Source: an uncultured Acidobacteriota bacterium | Lineage (GTDB): Bacteria > Acidobacteriota > Thermoanaerobaculia > UBA5066 > DATFVB01 | Length of the DNA: 64,000 bases | Direction of reading: 5' to 3' | NCBI GenBank assembly: GCA_963813155.1 | Contig: CAWEYG010000002.1 | Location: forward strand, 384,001 to 448,000 | Shown: positions 38,390-48,654 of the stretch, one piece after another | Layout of the letters: each line of letters opens with the position of its first letter | How positions within the stretch are numbered: the stretch's first letter is position 1 | Position numbers and translations under genes: made by a program | The notes under the pieces: model-generated | Databases searched by the model: none | Seen by the model: the letters and a program-made list of their open reading frames with translations, nothing else | Told to the model about the DNA's origin: nothing

Positions 38390-39905
38390 CGGAGGTCTTC
38401 TGGCGCTGGCGGAGCGCCTCGCGCCTCTTTTCCTCCATCTCGAGCAGCTCCGGGAAGTTGATCCGGTGGATCGAGGTCGCGTCGCCTTCCTCATTGAGAA
38501 CGTCGGTCGGCAGCCGCACCGTAAATGTCGTGCCCCTGCCGAACTCGCTTTCCGCGACGACGTCGCCGCCCATCATCTGGCAGAACCGCCTCGACAGGGC
38601 GAGGCCGAGGCCCGTCCCGCCGTACTTGCGGGTCGTCGCCGCGTCGGCCTGGGTGAACGCCTGGAAGAGCTTGCCGAGTTGTTCCGGGGTCATCCCGATC
38701 CCCGTGTCGACGACCCGAAAGACGATCCAGTGGCCCTCCGCGTCGGCTTCGCGACGGGCCTCGAGCCGGACCGAGCCGTTCTCCGTGAACTTGCTCGCGT
38801 TCGAAAGGAGGTTCAGCAGGATCTGTTTCAACTTCGTCATGTCGCCCTTGAGCTCGCCGATGTCGCTCGCGAACTGAACGGAAAACCGGTTCCCCTTCTT
38901 CTCGACGAGCGATCTCGAGGTCACTTCGACTTCTTCGATCAGCGCGGCGATCGAGAAGCTCTCGACGAAGAGGGACATCTTTCCGGCTTCGATTTTCGAG
39001 AGGTCGAGCACGCTGTTGATGAGGCGGAGCAGGTGCTTTCCCGACGTGCAGATCTTCTGGAGGTCGGGGACGAGGTCTTCGTGCCCGCCGTCGGCGGCTT
39101 CTTCCTCGAGGAGCTCGCTGTAGCCGATGATCGCGTTCAGAGGGGTCCGCAGCTCGTGGCTCATGTTCGCGAGGAACGCGCTCTTGGCCCGATTCGCGGA
39201 TTCCGCGGCTTCCTTCGCCTCCTCGGCGGAATTTCGCGCCTGCTCGGCCGCCTCGCGCGCCTGCTCGACCTGCTGGCTCTGCTGCTCGATCTGCTCCTTC
39301 TGGAGAAGGAGCTCCTGCTTGGCGCGGACGACGCGCCGGGTTTGCGAGTGCGAATTGAGCCCGAAGATCGTCGTGAAACTGACGATCGCGAGAATCGAAA
39401 AACTGGTCGTGAGAGGGCTCGATTCCGGGTTCAGGTGAAATCCGAAGAGAAGAATTGCCGCTCCGGCGCCGGCCGCCATCGCGAGAAGGCCCTTGACCGC
39501 GAGACGAAGGCCCCCGACGCTCAGGTTCGCGGCGTTGATGGACGTCAGCAGGGCGACGCAGAGAAACGGGCTGAACGAGCAGATCGCCATGAAGAATCCG
39601 AGGAGGAATGCGTCGGCAACGAGGTTGCGGAGCTCCGCGGCCTTGCTGTCGCGGCTGCGGCTGGCGACGAGCAGAGCGACGTGAGGCCAGACCAGGCCGT
39701 AGAAGGCGAGCAGCGCCCAGAGCAACGGCTGCTTCGGCTTCGACAGGAAGATCGAGCCGACCGCGAGAAAAACGACGAGGCTTGCGGGAATCCGAACGAA
39801 GTAATCCAGGCGAACGATCGGGTGAAGCCCCTTCTCCCGGATCGCGGAGAGGCCGATCGAAGAGTTTGCGCCAGGCGCGGCGGCAGCCGATCCGGTTGCG
39901 GTCAT
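38382..39905 (-). CDS. Membrane histidine kinase with MASE2-like sensor
   Basis: N-terminal TMs with WPHVA...AELRNLVAD (MASE2-like); [35 protein letters not shown]. Confidence 0.9.
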   Translation of the reverse strand: MTATGSAAAAPGANSSIGLSAIREKGLHPIVRLDYFVRIPASLVVFLAVGSIFLSKPKQPLLWALLAFYGLVWPHVALLVASRSRDSKAAELRNLVADAFLLGFFMAICSFSPFLCVALLTSINAANLSVGGLRLAVKGLLAMAAGAGAAILLFGFHLNPESSPLTTSFSILAIVSFTTIFGLNSHSQTRRVVRAKQELLLQKEQIEQQSQQVEQAREAAEQARNSAEEAKEAAESANRAKSAFLANMSHELRTPLNAIIGYSELLEEEAADGGHEDLVPDLQKICTSGKHLLRLINSVLDLSKIEAGKMSLFVESFSIAALIEEVEVTSRSLVEKKGNRFSVQFASDIGELKGDMTKLKQILLNLLSNASKFTENGSVRLEARREADAEGHWIVFRVVDTGIGMTPEQLGKLFQAFTQADAATTRKYGGTGLGLALSRRFCQMMGGDVVAESEFGRGTTFTVRLPTDVLNEEGDATSIHRINFPELLEMEEKRREALRQRQKTSDG

Positions 39906-40018
39906 CTCACCCTTCTCCCGTCGCCGAAGATGAAGAGATCATACCGCGAAGGGATTGCGCTCCCGATCGCGCGGTCGCGAAGGAAACTTTCCCGCGCGGC
40001 CGGCCGTCGCCGGAAAGA

Positions 40019-40579
40019 TCAGTTTCGGACGGCTGTCGAGGGTGCAGCCGCGCCCGAGGCCACGACCGTGCGCGAGGGGTCCTCCGAAGACTCCACCCGG
40101 TGCGCGCGAACGATGAGGCGCTGGGGCGCATCGCCGACGTAGTCGAAAGGAAAGCACGTCACGAGAGTCAGGATCGGATCGGGAGTCGGCTTGAGGACTT
40201 CGACCTGAGAGATTTCGACGACGCGGATCGAGTCGACCTCGTACCGGAAATCGCCGTCGGGAGTCGTCACCTCGATCCGGTCGCCGCAGCGGACGTTGCG
40301 CAACCCGCGGAAATGGCTGTAGCGGTGGGCCGCGAGCGCGACGTTTCCGTGGTCTCCCGGCACGGCCGTGCCGGGAATGTGCCCGACCGAAACGCGAAGG
40401 GTCGCCGCGTCGTCGCCCTCCTGGATCTCCGCGTCGATTCCGAGCCGGGCGATCTCGATCCGGCCGCTCGTCCAGCGGGAAAGGCCGGCTTCGGCAGCGG
40501 GCAGCGCGGCCCGCGCCGGAAGCGTCAGGGCGAGCGTCGAGAGGAGCACCGCCGGGGCGACGATTTTCCCGAGGACCAT
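40019..40579 (-). CDS. Class D sortase (second paralogue)
   Basis: GNVALAAHR, LTLVTCFPF, PQRL. Confidence 0.9.
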   Translation of the reverse strand: MVLGKIVAPAVLLSTLALTLPARAALPAAEAGLSRWTSGRIEIARLGIDAEIQEGDDAATLRVSVGHIPGTAVPGDHGNVALAAHRYSHFRGLRNVRCGDRIEVTTPDGDFRYEVDSIRVVEISQVEVLKPTPDPILTLVTCFPFDYVGDAPQRLIVRAHRVESSEDPSRTVVASGAAAPSTAVRN

Positions 40580-40648
40580 TGGCGGGAAAGATAGCGAATT
40601 TCCGCCCGACTTGCACTGTTCTTCCGGACAGGTTGGTATCCTTTCGCA

Positions 40649-41491
40649 ATGCCGGAGGATTCCCGCTACATCCATGGCGTTTCCCGCGCCGAGCAGGGCC
40701 GCCTTTCGACGCTCAATCGCCTGCTCAATCCGGGCTCGCTCCGCGAGCTCTCGGTGCGGCCCGGCGACCGCGTGCTCGAGGTCGGCAGCGGCCTCGGCGA
40801 GCTCGCGCGCGCGATGGGCCGGCTCTCCGGCGTTCGGGTCGTCGCCGTCGAGCGCAGTCCCGAACAGCTCGCGGAAGCCCGCCGGGCGGCGCTCGACGCC
40901 GGGGAAGGGGGGCTCGTCGACTTTCGCGAGGGCGACGCGAGACAGCTTCCGCTCGCCGATTCGGAGCGCGGTGCGTTCGACGTCGCGCACACTCGATTTC
41001 TCGTCGAACACCTTCCGGACCCCGTTTCGGCCGTCGCGGAGATGGTTCGGGCCGTGAAGCCGGGAGGCCGGATCGTCCTCGAAGACGACGACCACGACGT
41101 TCTTCGCCTGTGGCCGGAGCCCCCCGGCCTGAGGACGCTCTGGACCGCTTACGTTCGCACGTATGACCGCATCGGAAACGACCCGTACGTCGGGCGACGA
41201 CTCGTCTCGCTGCTCGTTTCCGCGGGCGCCCGGCCGGTGCGCAACCAATGGCTCTTCTTCGGCAGTTGTTCCGGGCACGCGGATTTCGGCACGCACGCCG
41301 AAAATCTCGCCGGCGTGCTCGAGTCCGCGCGCGCCGCGATCCTCGAAGCGGAGATCCTGGAAGCGGCATTCATCGACCGGACGATCGCCGAGATCCGCGA
41401 ATGGAGCCTGCGTCCCGACGCCGCGATCTGGTACGCGGTGTGCTGGGCCGAAGGCGTCAAGCCGGGCGGGCCCGGCGCTCCGGCCGCCTGA
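40649..41491 (+). CDS. Class I SAM-dependent methyltransferase
   Basis: VLEVGSGLG, GDARQLP, VKPGGRI. Confidence 0.88.
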   Translation: MPEDSRYIHGVSRAEQGRLSTLNRLLNPGSLRELSVRPGDRVLEVGSGLGELARAMGRLSGVRVVAVERSPEQLAEARRAALDAGEGGLVDFREGDARQLPLADSERGAFDVAHTRFLVEHLPDPVSAVAEMVRAVKPGGRIVLEDDDHDVLRLWPEPPGLRTLWTAYVRTYDRIGNDPYVGRRLVSLLVSAGARPVRNQWLFFGSCSGHADFGTHAENLAGVLESARAAILEAEILEAAFIDRTIAEIREWSLRPDAAIWYAVCWAEGVKPGGPGAPAA

Positions 41492-41547
41492 AGGACAGGT
41501 CCGAAAACCGCCAGCCGGCCGCGGCTGATCGTGCTTAAATCCGTCTC

Positions 41548-42996
41548 ATGGAGCTGGACGAGAGAACCTGTTACCGCGCGGTGACCGCGCGCGATTCGCG
41601 CTTCGACGGCCGTTTCTTCACGGGCGTTCGGACGACCGGAGTGTACTGCCGCCCGATCTGCCCGGCCCGCACGCCGAAGCTGGAAAACGTCCGGTTCTTC
41701 GCGTGCGCCGCGGCCGCCGAGGAGGCCGGGTTCCGCGCGTGCCGCCGCTGCCGTCCGGAGACCGCGCCCGGGACCCCCGCCTGGTCGGGGAAATCGGCGA
41801 CCGTCTCCCGCGCGCTGAGGATCATCGAGCTCGGAGACCGCGGCGATTCGGGCCTCGCGGAGATCGCGGGCCGCCTCGGCGTCGGCACGAGGCACCTGCG
41901 GCGCTTGTTCCGCGAGGAGCTCGGCGCGTCTCCGAAGGCGGTCGAAATCACGCGGCGCACGCACTTCGCAAGAAGGCTCCTGCAGGAGACGTCGCTCCCC
42001 GTTTCCCACATCGCGTTCACGGCCGGATTCGGAAGCATCCGGCGATTCAACGAAGTGATGCGCGAGACGTTCGGAGCTTCTCCGCTCGAGCTCCGATCCG
42101 GAACCGGCGCTCCCGCGGCCGGCCGCGCCGACGGCCTGCTGTCGCTCGAGATCCCGTTTCGGCCCCCGTCTCCCTGGCGTTCGATCGCGGGCTTTCTCGG
42201 CCGTCGCGCGATTCCGGGCGTCGAGCAGGCCGGGCCGCGCTTCTACCGGCGGACGTTTCTCGTCGGAAAGAGCTCCGGCGTCGCGGAGATCCGGCCGATT
42301 TCCGGGAAAAACGCGCTCGAGCTTCTCGTACCCGATGTCGCGGCGCAGGACCTCCTCGCACTCGCGGAGCGGGTGCGGCGCTTGTTCGACACCGATGCCG
42401 ATCCGGCCGTCATCGCGGGCCACCTCCGGCGCGATCCCGGTCTCGCGAGCCGGGCGAAGCTCGCCGGCATCCGGCTCCCGGGCTGCTGGGACCCGTTCGA
42501 AATGGGCGCGCGGGCGATTCTTGGCCAGCAGATCACGGTCGCCGCCGCGAGAACGCTCGCGGGCCGTCTCGCGGAGCTCGCGGGGCCGCTGCTTTCCGGG
42601 CAAAACGAAGCGCTGCAAAGGATTTTTCCCGACGCCGCGTCCGTCGCGGGCGCCGACCTCGGGAAACTCGGCGTGCCCCAATTGCGCGCCCGAACCCTTC
42701 GCGCGTTCGCGTCGGCCTGCGCGGACGGCCGGTTCGATCGCGCCTCGTCCGCCGGCCTGATGCCGCTGCTCGGGGAACTGACGGCGATCCCCGGGATCGG
42801 CGATTGGACGGCACACTACATCGCGATGCGCGCGTTCGGCGAGCCGGACGCGTTTCCGGCGGGAGATCTCTGGCTGCGAAGAGCATTCGCCTCCGGCGGG
42901 CGGGCTCCGTCGGCCCGGGAACTCGACCGGATTTCTCAACCGTGGCGGCCCTGGAGAGCCTACGCCGCCGTTTCTTTGTGGGAGGGAATGTCATGA
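41548..42996 (+). CDS. alkA: Ada Zn-binding / AraC / AlkA DNA-3-methyladenine glycosylase fusion
   Basis: [18 protein letters not shown], Ara[28 protein letters not shown]. Confidence 0.92.
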   Translation: MELDERTCYRAVTARDSRFDGRFFTGVRTTGVYCRPICPARTPKLENVRFFACAAAAEEAGFRACRRCRPETAPGTPAWSGKSATVSRALRIIELGDRGDSGLAEIAGRLGVGTRHLRRLFREELGASPKAVEITRRTHFARRLLQETSLPVSHIAFTAGFGSIRRFNEVMRETFGASPLELRSGTGAPAAGRADGLLSLEIPFRPPSPWRSIAGFLGRRAIPGVEQAGPRFYRRTFLVGKSSGVAEIRPISGKNALELLVPDVAAQDLLALAERVRRLFDTDADPAVIAGHLRRDPGLASRAKLAGIRLPGCWDPFEMGARAILGQQITVAAARTLAGRLAELAGPLLSGQNEALQRIFPDAASVAGADLGKLGVPQLRARTLRAFASACADGRFDRASSAGLMPLLGELTAIPGIGDWTAHYIAMRAFGEPDAFPAGDLWLRRAFASGGRAPSARELDRISQPWRPWRAYAAVSLWEGMS

Positions 42997-43514
42997 TGAG
43001 GGAAACGGATTTCGAGCGCGCCGAGGCGATGGATCGATTCTCGTCGCCGCTCGGAACGCTCTGGCTCGCCGCGACCCGCAAGGGAATCTGCGCGATTTCC
43101 TTCCGGGCCCCGAAGCGAAAATCGGCTGACAGCGACGGCCATCCCGAGGCCCGGAAGAACCTGAAAAACGCCGCAAAGATCCTCACCCGCTATTTCAAGG
43201 ACGGGACCGAGGCGTTCGACGAAATTCCGGTCGATTCCGAAGGAACCGAGTTCCAGCTCAGCGTCTGGAAAGCGCTTCGGAAGATTCCCCGCGGCCAGAC
43301 GCGCTCCTACGGCGACATCGCGCGCGCAATCGGCCGGCCGAAAGCCGTCCGCGCCGTCGGCGCCGCGAACGGGTCGAATCCCGTCGCGATCGTCGTTCCG
43401 TGCCACCGCGTCATCGGGTCGAACGGAACCATGACCGGCTACGGCGGAGGGCTCGAGAAGAAAGAATGGCTGCTCAAGCACGAGGGCGCCGGAGGCGCGA
43501 CGCTGCCGTTCTGA
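42993..43514 (+). CDS. ogt: Methylated-DNA-protein-cysteine methyltransferase
   Basis: [29 protein letters not shown]. Confidence 0.93.
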   Translation: MMRETDFERAEAMDRFSSPLGTLWLAATRKGICAISFRAPKRKSADSDGHPEARKNLKNAAKILTRYFKDGTEAFDEIPVDSEGTEFQLSVWKALRKIPRGQTRSYGDIARAIGRPKAVRAVGAANGSNPVAIVVPCHRVIGSNGTMTGYGGGLEKKEWLLKHEGAGGATLPF

Positions 43515-43518
43515 GCAA

Positions 43519-43568
43519 GGCCCGGGAGCGGCCGGGGCTGACGCGATTCGCGCAGGCTGGTCTAGAGA
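43519..43568 (+). repeat. Truncated left half (E) of dispersed palindromic element
   Basis: 15-nt exact match CGCGCAGGCTGGTCT to the reverse complement of copy A, preceded by GGAGCGGCCGGGG matching the outer arm of copy B. Confidence 0.55.
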
Positions 43569-43570
43569 CG

Positions 43571-45031
43571 CTAACCCAGGTCCGTCCAGACGGACTTGAC
43601 CTGCGTGTACTCGTGCATCGCTTCCTCGCCGCGCTCGCGCCCGAAGCCGCTCTGCTTGTATCCGCCGAACGGAAGGCCCGGATCGTAGAAGTTGTACGTG
43701 TTGATCCAGACGGTTCCGGCCTGGATCTCGCGCGCGACGCGGAGGGCCTTCTTGATGTCGCGCGTCCACACGGCCGCGGCGAGCCCGTACCGGACCCGGT
43801 TGCCGAGCGCGATCGCCTCGTCGACGGACCCGAACTCGAGCGTCGCGAGGACCGGGCCGAAGATCTCCTCCTTCGCGATCTCCATGTCGGGCGACACGCC
43901 GTCGAAGACCGTCGCCTCGAAGAAGGCGCCCTTGCCGCCGACGTCGCGCTTGTGACCACCGGCGACGAGCCGGGCCCCTTCCGCGACGCCGCGTTCGACG
44001 TATTTCGCGACCGTGTCGCGCTGCTTTTCGGACACGAGCGAACCGAGGCGGGTCTTCGGATCGAGCGGGTCGGCCGGAACGGCCTTCTTCGCGCGTTCGA
44101 CGAGCTTTTCCATCAGCGCTTCGTGGACGGACTTCTCGACGAGGAGACGCGAGCCGGCCGCGCACACTTCGCCCTTCCCGTAAAAGATTCCGTTGAAAGC
44201 CCCGCGCGCGGCGGCTTCGAGATCCGCGTCGGCGAAGACGATGTTCGGAGACTTGCCGCCGAGCTCCATCGAGACGCGTTTGACCGTCCCGGCCGCGGCT
44301 CGGAGAATTTTCTTGCCGGTCTCCGTCTCTCCGGTGAACGTGATCTTGTCGATCCCCGGGTGCTCGGCCATCGCCTGCCCGATGACTTCGCCCGGCCCCG
44401 GCACGACGTTGAAGGCGCCGGGGGGAAGGCCCGCCTGGCTGAGCAGCTCGGCGAACAGCAAGGCCGTCAGCGGCGTCAGGGACGCCGGCTTCAGGATCAC
44501 GGCGTTGCCGCACGCGAGCGCCGGAGCGATCTTCCACATCGCCTGCAGCAGGGGAAAGTTCCACGGCGTGATCGCGCCGACGACGCCGACCGGCTCCCGC
44601 AGCGTGAAGAGGAACGATCCGGCGCCCGAGGGCAGGGTGCGGCCATAGACCTTGTCCGCGTAGCCGCCGAAGTACGCGAGCGCCTCGGCGCACGCGGGCA
44701 TGTCGATCTTCGCGGATTCGAAAATCGGTTTTCCGTTGTCGCGGGTTTCGACGCGCGCGAATTCGTCGACTCGCGACATCAGGAGATCGGCCGCGCGGAA
44801 GAGCACCTTTCCCCGCTGGCGGGGCGTCATCTGCGACCACGGCCCTCCCTCGACGGACGATCGCGCCGCCTTGACGGCGGCGTCGAGATCTTCGCGGCCC
44901 GCCTCGGCGACCTCGGCGAGTAGCTCGCCGGTCGCCGGGTCGCGCGTCTCGAATCGCTTTCCCGACGCCGCGGATCGATAGCTGCCGCCGATGAACAGGT
45001 CTCTCGCGACGGGGGTCTCCGCGTTGCTCAT
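43571..45031 (-). CDS. Aldehyde dehydrogenase
   Basis: PWNFP, FTGETETG, ELGGKSP, GEVCAAG, EEIFGPV, PFGGYKQSGFGRE. Confidence 0.95.
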   Translation of the reverse strand: MSNAETPVARDLFIGGSYRSAASGKRFETRDPATGELLAEVAEAGREDLDAAVKAARSSVEGGPWSQMTPRQRGKVLFRAADLLMSRVDEFARVETRDNGKPIFESAKIDMPACAEALAYFGGYADKVYGRTLPSGAGSFLFTLREPVGVVGAITPWNFPLLQAMWKIAPALACGNAVILKPASLTPLTALLFAELLSQAGLPPGAFNVVPGPGEVIGQAMAEHPGIDKITFTGETETGKKILRAAAGTVKRVSMELGGKSPNIVFADADLEAAARGAFNGIFYGKGEVCAAGSRLLVEKSVHEALMEKLVERAKKAVPADPLDPKTRLGSLVSEKQRDTVAKYVERGVAEGARLVAGGHKRDVGGKGAFFEATVFDGVSPDMEIAKEEIFGPVLATLEFGSVDEAIALGNRVRYGLAAAVWTRDIKKALRVAREIQAGTVWINTYNFYDPGLPFGGYKQSGFGRERGEEAMHEYTQVKSVWTDLG

Positions 45032-45789
45032 GCCTTCATTCTATTCCGCCGGCGAGTCTCGCGGCTCCGCGCGAATTCCTCGACGGCGCGGCCGAGATCG
45101 GCGCCCCCCGCGAGCCCACGGTAGGCGGCCTCCGCGCGCGCCCGCCCCTCCTCGAAAGCGCGGCGCCGCGGCTCGCGCAACAACCGGAAACGCGGCGTCG
45201 ACGGCGCCTCGCGACCGGGACGCGAGATCGCGAAGAAACCCGAGAGCGACGGCGTCGAGCTGCGATTCCGGAACGGAACGAGACGCGAGCCCCGCTCCCG
45301 CGGCTTCCCTTCCGGAAATCGCCTCGCCGGAGAGAATGAGCTCCGCGGCCCGAGCCGGCCCCGCGACCGCGGGGAGAAGCAGCACCGCGGCGGGAGGAAA
45401 ACAGGCGAGCGTGATTTCGGGAAAGCCGATTCGCGCGTCCTCCGCCGCGAACAGGAGATCGCAGCAGAGAGCGATCTCCGCGCCCCCGCCGAGGCACGCC
45501 CCGCGAACGGCCGCGAGAGTGGGAAACGGGGCTTCCAGCAGAGCCGCCAGGAGACCGTGGATCGCCGGAAGCATTTCGTCGACCTTTTCGGGCGTGTGGT
45601 CGGCGACGTCCACTCCGGCGCTGAAGTTCGGCCGCCCCGTCACGAGCAGGGCCCGGGTTTCCTCCGCCCGAAGGGACGTCACGGCGAGCGCGGCCGCCCG
45701 CAACGCCTCGAGGTCGAGCACGTTGGCGGGAGGCCGCTCGAAACCCAGGACCGCGATGCCTCCCGTTCAGAGAGGCGAAGCGGGTTCAT
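45028..45789 (-). CDS. Enoyl-CoA hydratase/crotonase (dienoyl-CoA hydratase-like), frameshifted
   Basis: RPPANVLD, FSAGVD, CLGGGAE, FPEITLACFP; corrected ends overlap the neighbours. Confidence 0.82.
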
Positions 45790-46693
45790 TTCTTGCCGGA
45801 GGGAACCGGGGGTACGCCGGACGTGCTCTTCAAACGCTTGACGAGAGCCTTGACGTTCTCGAAGTGAGACGCCTTGAGCTCTTTCGGAAGCTCCTTGATG
45901 GCGAGATCCGGCTCCTCGATGCGCGTCGCGAGAAAGTTGTCCGGAACCTTGTCCTCAATCACTTTCTTCGCGATACGGAGAGCGTCCTGAATGTACGCGC
46001 GAGTTCCCGCGATCGAGGCTGCGGGACCGATGGGTCCGTAACCAGGAACGAGCGTCTTGATCCTAAGCTCGCCGATTTTCCCGAGAACCGAGATCCAACC
46101 GTCGGGCTCGATGTCTTTCGAAAAGAGGGGCGGAAGAATCGCGTTTTCAACGAGGTCACCGGAAAACAGAATCTGTTCGTTCGGGAGGTAGACGACGAGG
46201 TCACCGCCGCTGTCGGCGGGCCCCACGAAATCGACTTCGACGAGCTTTTTCGTGTCGCTCAGCACGAGTCTCTGCGACAGGGTCAGAATCTCCGGCGCCG
46301 GGGAACCCCCCTGACCGCGAGCTAAATAGGTGACGAAGTAAGGCCCGAACTTTTCCGCCGTCACGATCCGGGCTCCGCGTTTCGCGAATGCGGGCGAGCC
46401 TCCCGCGTGGGGGCCGAAATTGTTCGTCACGATCAGGAACGCGATCTTCTTGCCTCCGGTGGTCGCGTCGATCGCGGAAAGTACCCCCTCGGAGTTCGTG
46501 TCGTTTCCAGAATCAACCGCGATGACGCCGTCGCCGAAAAGAAACCAGCTCGCGTTCGAGCCCCCTTCGTCACCATGGTCCAGACCCCATCGGCGAGTTT
46601 TTGGGGCTCGTGCAGCTGTTCGGGAGTCATTTGCGCGCTCAGCGCTCCGGCGGCGGCGATGAACGCAATTCCCAGGGCAAGACGAGTTTTCAT
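45786..46693 (-). CDS. Secreted MBL-fold protein with degenerate metal site, frameshifted
   Basis: Signal peptide; GDGVIAVDSG; TNNFGPHAGG in place of THxHxDH; GPADSGGD; ILFSGDLV; VPGYGP. Confidence 0.7.
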
Positions 46694-47402
46694 ACTTCTC
46701 CTTTTTTCCGCGTCAGACTCTCTTCGACGGGATAACGGATTCGCGAATCGACGGATTCCCGGAATTTCTCGAACAAAAACCTCGCGACCGGGTCCTCGCC
46801 GAGGTTTTCGGGATGCCATTGCACGGCGAAAATCGCGCTTGGACCGTCTCTCGCCTCCACCGCCTCAATCAGCCCTTCAATTGAAAAGGCGCAGGCCCGC
46901 AGACCCGAGCCGAGACGATCGATGCCCTGGTGATGCCGCGAATTCACTGGAAATTCCCGGAACGCCTCCAGGAACGCTCCCGACTCCGCCCGCCACCGTG
47001 CGCTCGGGCATCGCGCGGGGTCTTGACCGCATGGCTCACCGGGGACGGCCTCTCGGAGGGGATGTCCTGGACGAGGCTACCTCCGAACGCGACGTTGAGC
47101 ACCTGGAGGCCGCGGCAGATCCCGAAGATCGGAATCGCGTTGCGCCGCGCGCGGGCGATCAGCGCGAGTTCCTGTTCGTCGCGCCGGCGGTTCACGCGGC
47201 CGAGGCGCTCGTGGCGGACGGCGCCATAGAGCTCGGGATCGACGTCTTCTCCTCCACCCAGGAGCAGGCCGTCGAACGAGAACGGGGAGGCGTCCCGCGA
47301 GTGCACGACCGCGATTTCCTCGCGCACGAACCCGGCTCGCTCGAGAGAGGCGAGGTAGTCCGCTCCGACGGTATCGTCTTCGATCGTGGCGACGATTTTC
47401 AT
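46690..47402 (-). CDS. Peptidase C26 / gamma-glutamyl-GABA hydrolase-like, frameshifted
   Basis: [36 protein letters not shown]. Confidence 0.85.
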
Positions 47403-48566
47403 CTCGCGCTCTCGAACAGAACGGCCATCCCCATTCCTCCCGACACGCACAGCGTCGCGAGGCCGAGCCGCGAGCCGCGGCGTCCCATTTCGTGGAGCAG
47501 CGCCGTCGAAATCCCTGGCTCCGGTCGCGCCGATCGGGTGGCCGAGCGCGATCGCGCCGCCGTTGACGTTCAGTTTCGCGCGATCGAGCCCGAGGTCCCG
47601 CTCGCACGCGAGCGACCTGCGGCGGCGAACGCCTCGTCGAGCTCGACGCGTCGACGTCGTCCAATGTCGTTGCCGGTCTTCGCCAGAAGCCTTGCGACCG
47701 CCGGCACCGGTCCGATTCCCATGATGCGCGGCTCGACGCCCAGCAGCGCCATCCGACGATTCGGGCGACGACCGCGATGCCGCGCAACGAATTCCGGCGC
47801 CCGACGCCACGACGATCGCCGCGGCGCCGTCGGTGATTCCGGAGGCGTTTCCGGCGGTATCGTGCCGCCGGCGGAATACCGGCGGGAGCTTGCAAGCGAG
47901 GCCAGGGTCGAACTCCGGCCTCGGATGCTCGTCTGCGCGACGACGGTCTTCCTTGCGGTTCGCACCTCCACCGGCACGATCTCGCGTCGACAGCCCCGCC
48001 GCCGCCGCCTCGCTCGCGCGGCTCTGCGATTCCGAGCGAAGGCGTCGGCTCCTCGCGGGAGATCGCGTCGTCCGCGGCGAGCCTCGGCGGTTTCGCCCAT
48101 CACCTCTCCGCACAGCGGATCGTCGAAGCCGTCGCGTACATGCCGTCGACGATCTCGGCGTTTCCCATCCGATAGCCCCAGCGGGCGCGCGGGAGGAGGT
48201 AGGGAGTGTCGACATGCTTCGGCGCCGCCGGCGAGAATGACGTCTGCCTCTCCCGCCGCGATGGAGAGCGACGCCAGCGTGATCGCCTTCAGCGACGGAG
48301 GCGCAGGCCTTGTTGACGGTGAACGCCGGGCTCGAATCCGGAACGCCCGCGCGGTGGGCGACCTGCCGGGCGGAGTTCGGCCCGCCGCCGGCCTGGCGGG
48401 CGTGGCCGAAAATCGTCTCGTCGACCGCGCGCGGTTCGAGGCCGCCGCGCGCGAGCGCGCCGGCCGCCGCGGCGGTGCCCAGGTCCGCCGCGGACATCCC
48501 GGAAAACGCGCCCCCGAATTTCCCGATCGGGGTCCGGGCCGACGAAAGAACGAACACGTCGCGCAT
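47399..48566 (-). CDS. Thiolase (acetyl-CoA C-acyltransferase), many frameshifts
   Basis: [60 protein letters not shown]. Confidence 0.9.
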
Positions 48567-48654
48567 CCGGCGGATCATACGCGAACGGGTCCGCCCAACG
48601 GCCCGCGTTCCGGGCAGATTGCCGCGCGGGACCCGATCCGGTATGTTCGAAGCG

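Noticed and set aside
40649-43514. Methyltransferase next to alkA-ogt as a self-protection module
   Set aside because: alkA-ogt is a common pair and nothing indicates the methyltransferase makes an alkylating agent.
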